DNA of 64,000 nt from Eutreptiella sp. 'Long Island Sound 2002' (GCA_964036045.1 OZ038379.1:10912001-10976000); one strand, 5' to 3'; shown: positions 49,065 to 62,841, counted from the stretch's first letter. A program made the numbers and translations. Notes: generated by a model from the sequence alone, not told the origin.

Positions 49065-52000
49065 ATTCATGAAAAAATAGATAAAAATTTATATGCTCTG
49101 AGCCAGAGCAGTGCCTCAGTAATCTCAGGGTCCTATGATAAAATCAAAATAGTTGGAGGGTTAGGGGTCCAGTATTTGGTCCTCACAACATCCATTGATT
49201 AGTGCTTGGTTTTATAGGTGAAAATGCATTATCCTCATTTTGGTGGGGCCAATGCTAAGATAAAAATGTGATATGCCTCTGTTAAAACTCAAAAAACAAG
49301 CAAGAAAAAGATGAAGCGCAGGAGCGGCGGCGGCGACGAGCAAGGCCAGAACACGATCTCGAAATTCAAATAGGTCCAGAATCATCAACAAAGGGCTGCA
49401 TAGTTATAATAATATGGAAAAAATGACATAACAACAAATGAATCGACCTCATACCACATGCACCATGATTTCATCTTGTTATACATCTTGATGTGTCGGT
49501 TGACTTGGGTAGGAATTACCCATGAATGCCTGGCAATAGTTGCCACCTATAGGAGTGCACATGTGCTCCACTAGGGCCTGTCCATCTACCATGTATCATA
49601 TCATGTGCATGCTTGTATGATATTGTCATGTCATGTATGTATTGCCATTCCATTCCCATATATGCATCCATTTCTATGCATGCCCTCCACTCACCATTGG
49701 CATGAGCAACATTGCTCCACATTTGCCATATATCTCTCACATCAACAGCCTCAAGGCATCTTTAATACAACTAAAGCTATCCCCAAAGGCATTGAAATAC
49801 ACTTTTTCTTACTGAGATCTTACCCTAGCTTGCAACTCACAAGTTATTACTCGGCCAATAGGGGTCATGGTGTGCTCCAAAAAGCAGCCTTTCTACGAAA
49901 TGCCGAAAATCTCACGCCGTGACCCAAGGATGAGCGGGTTGACAACTAGTTTGGCAACAACATCCTATACTGCAAGGTTGGCATAATGCCCGGCGGTCAA
50001 AAAGGGTTGCATGTTGCTGGGTACTCGGCCGTATTGGTCAAAACAATGTGCGAGCTGCGCTGGTGGTTGGGTTGGTGATACACATCTCTTTGCGCTAAAC
50101 TTGTCCTTCGGAATGCAAAAAATAGAGAGATGTTTTGTAGAACACATTCAATTGCCCCTTATCAAAGACACCAATTTGGACCATCGCCGGAAACCGTCCA
50201 ATGCAGCGCAGGTTTAACACTTGTACTGTTTTCAGAAGTGCTTCTGTTTAGAACATAAGCTACGATTGCAGCATTCACCAACACATGATGTCTGTTCAAC
50301 ACATCTTTACATACAAAGATTGGACATATCTCCGCACTTTTCCCTTTGTGTAGCATGTAACCTACCTTTTTGTACCACATGCAGAAGGTTCTCTAAACAT
50401 GAATCAAGCCTTACCATGCTCCAATGGAGAGCACAGACTCACACATGAAATTCTTTTGGCCATTGCGTGTAGACCTCCAACGAGTTTTTGTTTCGTAGTA
50501 AGTTAACTTATGTCTGCCAAAAACTTTGTCACCTAAGTATGATCCTTTGTGATAACATTTGGTGGCGGCAGCTTGTGTGTTAACACCATGACATTTATAG
50601 GCTGCATGTTTTTGTACAAATTGTCCTTCCACTCATCAAAACAGGATTTGGCTCCATGATATCGCTCCATACAATTGTCCATATTGCACAAACATGCATT
50701 TTGGAATGCAAAAAAAAAAATAAGGATTGTACTTCTTGGAAATCTCTTGCCAAATGCAAATTTTACTCAACTACATTGTGCATAATTGGATATGCGAATT
50801 TGCAACACATGTATACTGAGATCATGTCTCTTATTTTACGGAACTACTTATCTTATCTTTACAAAAAACAACCAGTTTTGCTGATTCATGTTCCCTTTGC
50901 TCTCTGCCTCCATGCTATCCATGCGGGGGCTCCCATTGAGAAGCCATTTATTTGCTCCCTACTACCAAAAGCTTCAAACTTTCCACAAAGCAGACTTGAC
51001 ACGCAACTGTAGAAGGGTAAGCAAGGTGCTGTCCCAGACTATGAAACCCTGCCCTAACCCCATACCCAACACCGGTGCAAACCACATCCCAAACCATGTC
51101 AGTAATCCTGGTGCCAAACTAGGCTGAGTCCCTGTCCCAAACCCAATCCGGAATCCCATTGGAAACCCTTCTGCAAACACATCCACACAGCCCTCTCAGC
51201 AACCCCGTCCAAAGCCCCAGACCAATCCCTTGCCCAAACCTTTGCCAATCCCTATACCAACCCCTTCACTGGCCCCACCCCCTGGCTGTAATCCCGAACC
51301 GTGGCCTGGACCCTGTCAGGAAACCCCCAAATCCTGTCCACAAGCTTGTCCCAAGCCTCTACCCCATCCCTTTCCCAAACTGTATGCATTCCCCTGCAGG
51401 GCACTCCTCTAGCACCAAGTCCACCCTAGCAGATGATTCCAAGGCCTGATAGAATGGTACAATCACCCTTGCCAAGCGACAATTATAATCCGTTCCAGCA
51501 GCACAGGCCATAAATCCTACACCAACTGACAGTTCCCCTTTCCCCCGTGTCCCGCTCCTTGTTGTGCCAAGATCAGCTTAGGTGGGCGCATCAGCTGGTC
51601 AGTGAACTTTTCTGACACACCAATGATACTCTCGCGTTGGACTCTGTGGCGCCATGTGACATGTCAGGCAGGACCTGCAATCTGTTGGAAGGATTTCTGT
51701 GGCCTCAGAAACGAGTGAACTATCATACTTGTCAACAAAGACGCGGACACACGCCATGGTAGTAAAATGGGCCCAAGTGTCATCAACCATGGGACAACCC
51801 ATAGACATCTTCCCACTCCAGACTGAGTGGAGCAAAGTTCTTCGTGGGATGTCGGCCCAAGTGTGACCAAGCATGCAGGAAATGGAGAAGCATACGTTGG
51901 AGGTTGTTGCTGGTCGAGCATGAGGATGCCATGGAGACACAGAGTTGCGCAACGTGCGTGCACCTCAGCGCTGGGGATGGCCTCAGGAATGTCTGTGCCA

Positions 52001-52843
52001 CTGCTCACAATTGCCTCTTGTTTCCTTCGGCCTCTTGTTTCCAAATGCAGCCTGGGGCTGGAGACCTTCCCCCCTTCGTCGCTGTGTGTGCGTGTGGATC
52101 CTCCACCAGCACCACTGATATCCGCGCACTGCACTGCACTATGTGTGTGTGGGGGGGGGGGGGGGGTCTAGTGTCCGGCAGGGGGACTGAGTTCTGGTAG
52201 GCATTAGTGCCACGGGCCACTCAGTAAAATCTGCTGCTATCGAGAGCTCATAGTGATGTGCACCGTGGACATGACCCCTGTAGTGCCATGAAGGCCCCAG
52301 CAGGCCCAGAGCGAGTGAATAGTGGGCCCTATGCTGAAGCAACACAAATGCTGCTGAAGGGCCCGCAGAGCCGCCGGGAGAGCACCCCAGTTGAAGATGT
52401 GGCGCAGCCCCAGAAGGTATTCAGGAGTTTGGGCGACAGAAGCGGAAAGCCACTGTCCTGATGCAGAACACATGCGCTTGTGGCATAACGCCGCGTGAGT
52501 GTTACGCGCGTCAGATATAAGTCTCTTGAGACGCTTTGTTGTGCACACCTTCCATCGGGATCGTTGGAGCATTGGGGTCTAAAGGGTCTGTTGCCACTGC
52601 AATTAAGCCGTTCAGAGCAAGCTGTCCGACAGTCTGGTGGGGGCCCGGCCCGCATCTGACTCAAATTGAGTAGGATCCACCCACGTCCGATACGAGTCTC
52701 AGTATCACCCACCCGCATCGGATCTCAGACTCAGGATGATCTGCCCACATCCAATCTGTGGCCCCGGAGGAGGGATCCCCACGCCCTGGAGTTGCTGGAC
52801 ACGGCAGATTTGCCAGGGAAGCCTCAGTGCCCCCCCGCAATGC

Positions 52844-53212
52844 TTACTCCACAATCTCCAGCAGCTCTACGTCAAAGATCAGTGTGCTGAAAGGCAGGAT
52901 CACGTCCCCTGCACCGCGCTCCCCGTACGCCAAGTCCGAGGGGATGTACAGCCGCCACGTGGCGCCAACCTGCATCAGACACAGGGCCTCCGTCCAGCCC
53001 TTGATCACCCGGTCCACCTGAAACGTCATGGGCTCGCCCCGTTTGTAGGAGCTGTCGAACTCGGTGCCGTCGATGAGGGTGCCCTTGTAGTGGGCCTTGA
53101 TGGTGCTCGTGGCCCCAGGGGTCGCCCCGGTGCCGGTCTGCAGGACCTCGAACTGCAGCCCGGAGGCGGTGGTGGCCACCCCTTCCCGAGCACCATTGAT
53201 CCTCAGGAAGTC
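52844..53212 (-). CDS. FKBP: Last exon of an FKBP-type peptidyl-prolyl isomerase (FKBP_C domain)
   Basis: CAG| [20 protein letters not shown]...[21 protein letters not shown]...VIKGWTEAL...[11 protein letters not shown]...[10 protein letters not shown]; high GC3. Confidence 0.95.
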   Translation of the reverse strand, partial: DFLRINGAREGVATTASGLQFEVLQTGTGATPGATSTIKAHYKGTLIDGTEFDSSYKRGEPMTFQVDRVIKGWTEALCLMQVGATWRLYIPSDLAYGERGAGDVILPFSTLIFDVELLEIVE

Positions 53213-55161
53213 CTGCCGGAGGCGTTGGGCAGGTGGAGCGGGTGGGCACTTCTGGAGGGGCTGCGGTTGAGGGGGAGGGAGGCTGAAGGGGAGTTTAAAA
53301 AGGGGCCTGCCGGTGCGGTTACTGGCGGTTGGAAGGCAGTTTCAGTAGCCGTGCTGGCGGTTGCAAAACGATTGGAGGGCATTTGGGGGCAGTCAGAAGT
53401 GGTTGGGGCGGAACTGACGATCATCACCGAATGGGGGGATGGGGGGGACAACACCCCCTTCAAGCGCAGGCCTGACTTCGGGGCATGAGTCCCCTCTGAG
53501 GACCACCCGCCGACATACGAGCGCACGACAGGGCATGTGTCTAACCATCAGTGTCAGACCCCCGGGTGCGGACTCTCGACCAGGGGGGTCTTTTGGAGTG
53601 TTCGGAGGCCGCGGCTTTACTCCTGGCGCCGATGGAGTGCGACCTTCGAATCTTGAGATTCAAACCTGGAAACAAGGGCGCATGAGTCATGATGCAGTGC
53701 AGGTGTCTGCAGGGCCCTGTTGCCCTACCAACTTGAGAACCCCTGCCAGGAGTGAGGTGGGGTGCGGGCATCTGAAAAAGGCAACACTTGGAGTTGTTTG
53801 GGTGAAATAGCACTGGTCAGAAGGGGGTTTGCACCGGCCACTGTGCTTACTCTTACCACTCTTGCCGGGCTGCCCCCAGTTGCCCTTATATTTGCGGTGC
53901 TTGCGCTGCACCGCGTCAGATGTCCCCCATGGGTGGCTACGAGATGAGACGAAGCCATGACTGCCAAAAACAAAAGGGCAAATGACCCCCTACAATGGCG
54001 AGGGGGCGTTCAGGGTATTGCAAGAGGAGGTACAACCTAATGACGGTGAGCTAAGCGAAGGTGTAGATGGAACCTTTGGTAGACTTACCATGTTGAACAC
54101 CCTCACCTACCAAGAGATACTGGATTGCTACCACTCAAAGGCACATCACTTCAAAAAAGAGTGGCAGGAGGGACAGTGCAAATTGGTGTGCGAAAGGCGC
54201 ACTGTCGAAACCGCACTGTCAGAGTCTTGCAAGGGGGGGGGGGGGGGTTGGCACAAGGCCTTGGTGGTTGGCTCTGTTAGGGGCCGCAAAGGGGGGGGGG
54301 GGGTTCAACACAGAACCACAACGTACAGGACCTACGGAAGGGGGGGCCACACACACAAAAAGACACCAGCATGCACAATGCACGGACAGGATCAAATGGG
54401 CCAAATTGCGGTTGAAAGCGCAAAATGCTGCCCAAACACCCTGCAACCAACCAAAAACCACCGAACCAGCTACAGCTCAAGACCTGTGAGCTCCCTGAAA
54501 TGCCTCCTCTTTACGGGCTTCCCTCCCTACAAGCAGTAACTGTCGGGTTCCGGAGAGAGTTGGGGGGTTGGGGGTGGGGCCCCAAAAAATAATTTTCTGT
54601 TGACGACATTTTTGACTTCGCCGTTTTGCTCTGAGCATTGTGAATACACACACGTTGGGGAGTAAAATCCCATTTTTCCATTCTCCACCTGCCACACCTT
54701 CGTCAGCTCTGTTGCCCCACAGGCCTGTGCCACGCCCGTGCCGTCTGTGGCATGTCTGACGCACTCCCCTCCCCCGCCCCATTGGCACCTGCTGTTGCCC
54801 ACGGGTGCAGGTTGGGGGGTCTTTGAGGGGTGGGGATCCGGCCCCACACGTGATACCCCCCCTGTGGGTTAGACGTCAGGTGGTTGGAAGAGGATGGGGA
54901 TGGGGGCTGCTTGAAGGCCAAGGGGCCTCCTGTGTGCCATGATGTTTTTTAATTAAGACAAAAAAAAACTCGGGCTGTTCAGTAGCCAGCTTATTATTTG
55001 GGGATACAATTGGACAGCACTTGAAAGGCAAACAACGCCGGTTGGAGGAAAACCGACGGCAGTTGAAGATTCACCGAAGGTGGTAACTGACGGCAGAGGT
55101 CGGCGTTTGTTAACATCAAAAACAACACAAAAAGCCTTGCCGTGTGCACCGGATTTGTCAC

Positions 55162-55447
55162 CTCTTCGGGCTGCTTCTTCTCAGCATCAGCCTCGCGCAT
55201 GGCCTGCTGCACCTTAGTCAACGCTGCCCGGAGCGTCTCCACTTCCACCTGTGTTGTACGACCGTGCAAACCATCGGAGATCCCCTCGTACAAAGCAGTC
55301 TCGTCCACGCCCTTGAATGAGGTGTTGGCCAGATCGACCCCAATCTTCAGCCCCAGTCCATAACTGGCCTTGGACTCGGTGGTCGGGAACTTTGTGGTGC
55401 CATTGTCGGTGGTGTAGCTAGCCCGCGTGATGAGCTTCGCGGCGGCC
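55162..55447 (-). CDS. FKBP: Exon encoding the FKBP_N dimerisation domain (FklB/FkpA/Mip type); earlier exon(s) not located
   Basis: KASYGLGLKIGVDL...ALYEGISDGL matches FKBP_N. Donor GAG|GTGACA at 55162 is phase 0 and joins 53212. A probable acceptor CTACAG| lies at 55448. Confidence 0.85.
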
Positions 55448-57159
55448 CTGTAGGGCCTCCAAGAGAAACGGGTACCAATCATAAGTGACGCCTGTACCCC
55501 CAGGAGGAAGACAGCTGCGACAAACAAAGCAGAGGGGGCTGTACAGGACGCTTTTTCATCGAAACAACATCAAATCAGGCGATCCAGTCACCGCCTCATT
55601 AGGTACACAATTGGACAGGGGTATCCAATAGCAGTAAGAAGGTACCCGATAGCGGTTGGAGGTCGGCGTTGTTTTTTTTTTCTTCCAGAAATCGTTCACT
55701 AACAAATGCCCTGGGCTGCGCGCTGGGATCTCAAGGGGGCACTATGATATGAGGGGTGAGCGATGCACTGGTGTTGGTCAACAGGCACCGCCCCAGCAGA
55801 CATGCCTTGCAGAGTTGCACACTGTGCGCTTGGCTGACAACGAATTCACGCTCTGGATACGTTCTAGCAGAACGAAGCCTACTAGCATCCGGCATGATTG
55901 TTGTTTGACGCCTCACTTGTTTTTTTCCGGTACACTCAAGACTGAATTTCGACCAGTGCCTGCAAGAAACTCAGTTTTGTGAGGAATGGTTCCGCCGTAC
56001 GTGCCACTCAGTAATATCCACGACTGTCACACCCCGAACTGAGTACGAAACAGCTGATCTATGCAGCAACTTTTCATTTCTCCCCATCTCGGGGACTCCA
56101 AGACAGCAGGGGTTATGTAGCCACTTTTGATTCCAGCCCACTTTGGGGATCCTAGGACGGCAGCAGATATGAAGGCTCTTTGGACCCGGAGAAAGTTGGG
56201 GGTCTGCCACCACTGTTGATTTCCCCCCATTTTGGGGACCTCGAGACGGCAAGGGTCATGTCTCTTTGATTCCTGCCTAATTTAGGGACTCAGAAACAGC
56301 AGCAGTTCTGCAACCACTTTTGATTTTTCCTCATTCTAGGGACTCCTAGATAGCAAGAGATATGTAGCCACTTGTGATTTCTCCCCAGTCTAGGGACCCC
56401 AAGACGGCAAGGGTTATGTACAGCAGGGGTTATGCAACCACTTGTGATTCTTCCCCATCTATGGACCTTGAGATGGGACAGGTTTTGGAGCCACGTTTGA
56501 TTCCTCTGCATCTTGGGGACCCCAAGCTGGCAGTAGTTATGCTACCACTCTTGATCTTTGTGATCCCTCCCTGCCATAAACACCCCAACACAGTAGGGGC
56601 TTTGTGGCACAAGGCTATGCCGGCACAGCATGGTACTGGTGTTGGGGAACTCTTACAAGGCTGCTAGACTCTACCTTTCAATTCAATAGGATTGAATTGG
56701 ATGGAGGGCCGTTTGCCTTCTTGAGTCACACCCGCTATCTACGCATGTCTCATTGGTATCACATTTGTTTGTTCTTTTTGTGCTTGCGGTGCTTTGCAAC
56801 ACCGCCACAATTTTATTTTGTTTGCACTCAAAAGCAATGCTTGCTAAGTCCACATTATGCCAATTGTGCATTAAAGGCGTGCACCATAAAGTGGTGTGGA
56901 CCAAGTACATGGGAAACAAAGGTGGTGCGGACAGCTGGGGGGGGGGGGATTTTTTACCGGGTGGGATATTTTTTCGAAGCCCTAGGGGAGCGGGGGGGGG
57001 GTACAAAAAAAAGTTGGTCCTACAAAAAATTTTTTTTCTTCCCATGTCACACATCATCATTCCCACGTCAGCAATGCATGTTGTTCGCTCAATCGTGAAC
57101 TTGTGCTGCAATGCATGCTATGGAAAAGGGGCCACCGATAGCTACATGTCACAAATGGC

Positions 57160-57359
57160 NNNNNNNNNNNNNNNNNNNNNNNNNNNNNNNNNNNNNNNNN
57201 NNNNNNNNNNNNNNNNNNNNNNNNNNNNNNNNNNNNNNNNNNNNNNNNNNNNNNNNNNNNNNNNNNNNNNNNNNNNNNNNNNNNNNNNNNNNNNNNNNNN
57301 NNNNNNNNNNNNNNNNNNNNNNNNNNNNNNNNNNNNNNNNNNNNNNNNNNNNNNNNNNN
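57160..57359. other. Assembly gap (200 N)
   Basis: Run of N. Confidence 1.
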
Positions 57360-58769
57360 GCCCAGCCTGCCGAGCGCGCCACGGGGGCGTCGCAGCAACT
57401 GGGCGCATGGGCAAGGTGCCGCGGACCTGCCCATGCCCGCCACCGGCGAGCAGCAGGCGTATGTAGCGCCGGGGCGCAACAACAAGGAGCTCCTGCAAGT
57501 TGTGAAGCAGCTGCAAGTTGTGAAGGAGCTGGGAGCAGAGATTGTGGACCCAAGGGGGAACGTTAGTGCGCTGGGCGCGCGCCGGGCATCTTTTGTGACC
57601 CGTGCCCCACCGGTGGCCTTCTAGGGGGTGCACTAAGGGGGCGCACTTAGCGCAGTGCAACTATTTGGGCGTCTGGCTGTACTAGAGACCCATACTTTGA
57701 GATACTGGGAGCATCATGGTGACCCCTGGCATAGGCTTTGTTTTCTGATTTTGTCCCCTTTGTTGGGGACCCCCGAGAATGAAGGGGTGACGTAGCATTT
57801 CCGCCCTCTTTTGGACCCCAACCTTCCGGTGCTATTGAGGAAACCGGGACAATCTTTGTTACGCTTTTGTCACCCCCCCTATGGACCATGGGAGCATGTC
57901 CTGCCTCATGTTTGGAAAGCAACTCGGCCGCCACGCAAGATGAGGCAGAGGATGAGGCAGAAGGGTGTGTGTTGTGTTGCCAGAAGCACTCCACCGTCGC
58001 AGTTTGTGATGAGTGTAAGGAGCACTATTGTACTGAATGCATTGACACCCACACTTGTGGGACCAATGTTGTTCGTTAAGTACAATACAGATGACAGTTG
58101 GAGTTGTTGAATTCACAGATATTGCTTTATTATGCAATGTGCTTTGTAGGGAAGGTGTGCAGTGCAACATGGTCTACTTGGGGGGCTTCTCCATGAGAGG
58201 GTAAATCTGGGGCTGAAGTCGGGATAGTTAATAGAAAAGTAGCGCGCCAAGTGCACACCGGGCAAACATTCCCCCTCAGGGCCACGGCAACCAGAGAACG
58301 AGAGCAGACGGCTCATCGTAGGTTGGTGGCCCCCATCTGCGGAACAATGGGGCGCACAGCGGTGAGCACGGGCGGCAGCTGAGAAGCAAATCAACGGGCT
58401 GCGGGATGCGACCGGCTGCCTAGCGGAGGCGGGGCACTGCAGCCCGCCCATAGCAGCAACAAGCGGGCTGGTAGGTAGGTGGTGCCAAGCCGGCAAGCGG
58501 CGGTGGAGGAGGGCATTCCCCAAAATGTGATTGGGGAGGCAAAGGCATACGCCACAGGCACTTGGCACACGCTCCGGGGTGCCTATGTCTGGACGGCGCC
58601 ATCCCGGTTCCCGCCACATCCTTTTGTGGCTATGCAACCGCGTTGGGTGGCTATGCAACCGCGTTGGGCGGCAGAGGACATTAAGTTGGCGTTGGAGTGG
58701 CACAACCTGCATGGGCACTTGATACGACGCTATGTAGAGCAGCAGGAAAGCGCCGAAAGGACGGCGCTA

Positions 58770-59290
58770 GTTCAGCGGGAGGGGGCTCGGCAGGCCCGGC
58801 ACGCAGCAAGCAGCATGGCAGACGAGGGCTGTGGGAAGGGTGGACAAATGGCATTGAGGAGTATTCCATGACTGGCGTAGATGTTGAGGACAACACCGTT
58901 GTCAACAATGTCGTAGAAGTTCTGTATGAAGTAGTGGGACCTAAGACAGGAAGGTCCAACACACTATAAGGGCTCACAACGCAATCACATTGCACCCCAC
59001 AAATGTCCAAAGGACGCAGACTCAAGCTCGGCATTAACTGTGCGCCAAGTCCGAGCCTTAGGGACTCGGGCCACCAGCACATGAGCCACAGCTTGAAGAT
59101 AGTCTCGGGACGGCTCCCACGCCCCCCATGTTCGCACTCCAACTCGTCCTGGTGAGTCTTCCCAGTAGAGCCCGGCTGGATGGCCTGCCGTCCCCGCATT
59201 GGCATCCAGCTCCAATACTCGGTTAGCGGCCCCGTGGGGGCCATCAGGACCGTGTACCAAGTCATGCGCGCAGGGATTGCCACACCTTCA
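58770..59290 (-). pseudogene. Stop-interrupted reading frame of unknown identity in a decayed coding-like region (57.4-60.5 kb)
   Basis: One frame reads LELDANAGTAGHPAGLYWEDSPGRVGVRTWG...GAM*LRCEPL*...HYFIQNFYDIVDNGVVLNIYASHG with GC3 bias and two in-frame stops. Confidence 0.4.
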
Positions 59291-61706
59291 TCTTCTCTAC
59301 TCCAGGGGCGGCAACAGACACCTGCAACGCGCCCGCTCGCCCTAAGGGCCTTGCTCGCCGCCTCCAAAGGGAGAGGCAACCATACCTCCAAGCGGTGCCC
59401 TGCGCGTTCGCCCACAGCCATATGCGGCTGCACAATCACGTCAGGAGCTGGAACCCTTTTGAGATGGCTCTAGGCCTCGCGTTTGGCCCATTGCATGCAC
59501 TTGTGCTCGTGCCCCCCCCCCCCCCCCCGTCCCTTGCCGAGAGAAGCATGGCTTGGTCAAGCAAAGCCGTGGTGCACCTGAGGTTGCCAATCTCCAGCGC
59601 CAGCGGCTGCAGCTCCTCATCCCGCTCATTGTCCAACATGGCGTCCTCCGGCGTGGCATCTTCAAGCTTACGTGCCCACGTGGCCATGAGCATTGACCCG
59701 CGGGGCTAGATTGACGGCCCTTTGCTCTGCTATCTCCTAGGGCTTGCGCTTGACTGTGACAACGCACTGGAGTCTACAGCCTGCAATCTCAAGGTCCATA
59801 CGCCGGGATGTGAGCGCCCGCATGGCAGTATCTGCCATGGCCTTGCTGGACACACCGTAGTTGACCAACAGCACCGTCTTGACATTTGTGACCGGTTCCT
59901 GTTGCTCTAGGTTGTCCTCAGCACTCGCATGCGCCTCTGCAAGGGACAGGCCCACCAGCGCGGCCCGTTGCAGAGCCGCCAGGTTGTCGGCAACCGGCCA
60001 CTCCGATGGTGGCTTCCTAGGCGTGATCCGCCGCAACCGCCCTGGTGTAGCTCCTTGTAGTCCTCCTCGGTGCATGCTCACGCCGCCTATACCGTGGTGG
60101 TACCTAGGATGAGTGCGAGGAGCGTGGAGGCGATGGGCTGGTATTCATCCACCTTCATGTGTTGTTCCATGTCGTAGTAAACCCAATTGGCACATCCTAG
60201 AACGGGGCACTTGATTGGCTCGTTGTCTACGAACATTTTACACAATGCCATATCATGCTTCACAAACCATCTGTGGGCACAAAATGCATTAATGGGCTGA
60301 AATTGTGCTTTGGCAGTTGTCACCTTGTTCACTACAATAGCGACACAACTCGGAGCCCGGTGGGTCACATCCCACCCCCACTGGAAATTTGATGCCCCTC
60401 CCTCGGAGCAAGAAGTGTGGCAGCGCTCCCCAGGCAAGCAACGCGCTTTAGAGGTAGGCGAAACGGCCAACAGTGTACAATGCAGATGTAACCCAAAGGT
60501 AGCACCCACTGCCAAAAGGCACAAGGACTAGAAAACAAGTAAAAAAAACTCTGCGAGTCAAAATTGCAACGGGAGGCAATGGCGAAAACCGACGAGGCCG
60601 AAGAGGATACATGGCCGCGCGCAAGCAACCAAGACGCCGAGCATGATGTGGCAACACGCCCCTCGCTACCATCAAGATCCCCCTCCTCCACTTCACCAGC
60701 GTCCTTCGCCTAGTCCGATACGTGCAAGCAACCCCCTTTGTTGTGGGTGTAGTGGTAGTAGGTGTAGTAGTAGCAGTTCTTGTTTCCGTCACTTTCAGTG
60801 CTTTTACCGTTGCTTTCTGCCAAGATGTAGCTGGTGCAAATTATGATCCAAGTGGAGGATCACAACCCTCAAATTTTGATGAAGAGAAAGAGGATAGTAG
60901 TTCGCGGACCTATGATGCCTCGTCCAACTCAAGCTGCAGCACGTCCTCATCATCTAGCTCCTCGTAAATGCTCGTCAGTGAGGTTGCTCCGGTCGGACAT
61001 CAAAGAAAAAAAGCACGACAAAGAAGTTTAGTGGGGTCTCATAAATTTTTGCCAGTCATCTCCTGACGGACCACTGTTAGGTTTGCCTTATGGCGTGGCA
61101 GTCGCCTACCGCACTAGAGAGCCCTCTTGTACATGCTTATGGGCTGTGGGTCTGCGCCCCGTGCCCTGCATTGCAAGGATCCACCGTATCATATGCTGAA
61201 GTGAGGCCCACTGACCAAGAACTATCTTGAGAACTCTTCGAACTTTTGGAGTCAACCAAGAAAAAAGAAAAAGTGCACGACAAAGAAGGCCTACTCGGCT
61301 TACCGTAAGACACGGACACTGTGAAGACACACCTCAAAAGAAGGCCAAGGCCATGCATACTTGAACATATGTGAGGCGACGATCCCAGCTTGAGGGGCTG
61401 TGGGGAGCATTGAAAACCTCGTGTTCGACCAAGGCCATGTAATTTGGATGGGATTCCCACAAAAATGTTGTGAACCAATTTGGATCTTCATTGTGTGAAC
61501 CGGCTTGGATATCCATTGTGTCAACCGGCTGGGATCTCTATTGTGTGAACGGGCTTGCATCTCCAATGCGTGAACTAGCTTGGATCTCCAAGTTAGATCA
61601 CTGGGTCATTTTGGAGCAGGTGCCATATATTGGCACCAAGGCTGTGCCGTGTACATGGTATGATAGTGTAAAGTGAAACAGCTTGGTGGGAAGATGGGCA
61701 TCGTGG

Positions 61707-61860
61707 CAGGCTCTAATTAACTGCTATTCAAGTCGCTATTCAAATTCAAAATAAACGCGTTTATGCGTTTATTTTTCAAAAAACGCCCGTTTTGGGGCGA
61801 GAATCGCTGTTTATCGATGTTTATTGATGTTTATTGGTGTTTTCACATATTGTTGCATGC
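61707..61860 (+). mobile_element. Probable left terminus and subterminal region of the hAT element
   Basis: Abrupt switch to AT-rich sequence starting CAGGCTCTAATTAA, with a short palindrome (ATAAACGCGTTTAT) and GTTTAT repeats. The partner TIR lies outside the window. Confidence 0.35.
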
Positions 61861-62235
61861 ATTGGGGAAGGTTTTGGGTTGCCTTGTTGTGCCATTCGCT
61901 TGCAAGTTGTCATTTCCGGTAGGTGTCATTTAAATTTAAATAATCATAAACGCCATCTCGTTCGCTTACAACAAAGAGGTCAGGGAAATGTGCCTCTTGA
62001 CACTTTGTGACGGATTGCATTTGTACATCCACATTAGAACAACAAGCTTCAACACAAAATAAACAAAGTTCTCGCTTCTAATTCACCGCATGTCCGTACG
62101 CATTACCATAAATAGATAGACAAAGCCTGAACTTTGCTGTTTCCTGTGTTTGTCCAATGTGCCAGAAGAATTATCATCTCTCGTCTTCTTGTTTGTTTAC
62201 CCTTCAGACCCTCTTTTCCTATTTCGCATCTCGGG

Positions 62236-62841
62236 ATGGGTGGTGATGTATGGATGCGCCGCCTCGGTCCGGTCGCTCCCGAGGGTGCCGATTGGATGCA
62301 TTTCAGCAATGCCGCGGCTGCCCTCCGGTACCTACACTCCCCCGACGGTGGGTCATTGACGAAGTTGGCCCACATCCAAGTCATGCGCGCCGCCAAGTCG
62401 GATGGCACGCGCGATGGCTGGGCCTTCACCCTCAAGAAGCCGGCGTCTAGTTCAGGCGCATCGGCTGCCCCACCTCCGTCGTCCTCACGTGCCACCCCCT
62501 CCCTAAGTCCTTTTCTTCTTGTTCCGGTAAGGTGTGCATGTTGTGGTGCAAACATTTGTGGCACCAAGTATTCTTGTCAGAGGTGCCACAAGGTGGTTGA
62601 TGAGGCGTGCATGACCATGGTTGGATCAACCGTGCATTGCTTCTCGTGCACCTGCCGTGCCTGTGGACAGGAAGTGTCCACGCCTGATGTGGAATGCCAC
62701 ACGTGTCATTTCCGCGTATGTCCAGGGTGCACCACAGATGGTATTTGCACCTCCTGTGTTGAGAGGTGCCGGCCGTCTGACCCCCCTCCCCCAAGAAACG
62801 GCAGTTCAGAAGGGAGTGGCTTCTTACCCGGTCTTGGCTAA
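62236..62841 (+). CDS. N-terminal ORF upstream of the hAT transposase: NUMOD1/IENR1-like segment and Cys-rich zinc-binding region
   Basis: ATG 62236 follows a long pyrimidine tract with an AG. HFSNAAAALRYL...VMRAAKSDG..DGWAF is followed by many CxxC pairs. Confidence 0.65.
   Translation: MGGDVWMRRLGPVAPEGADWMHFSNAAAALRYLHSPDGGSLTKLAHIQVMRAAKSDGTRDGWAFTLKKPASSSGASAAPPPSSSRATPSLSPFLLVPVRCACCGANICGTKYSCQRCHKVVDEACMTMVGSTVHCFSCTCRACGQEVSTPDVECHTCHFRVCPGCTTDGICTSCVERCRPSDPPPPRNGSSEGSGFLPGLG

Noticed and set aside
56753-57660. ORFs spanning X runs
   Set aside because: They are artefacts of the N gap.
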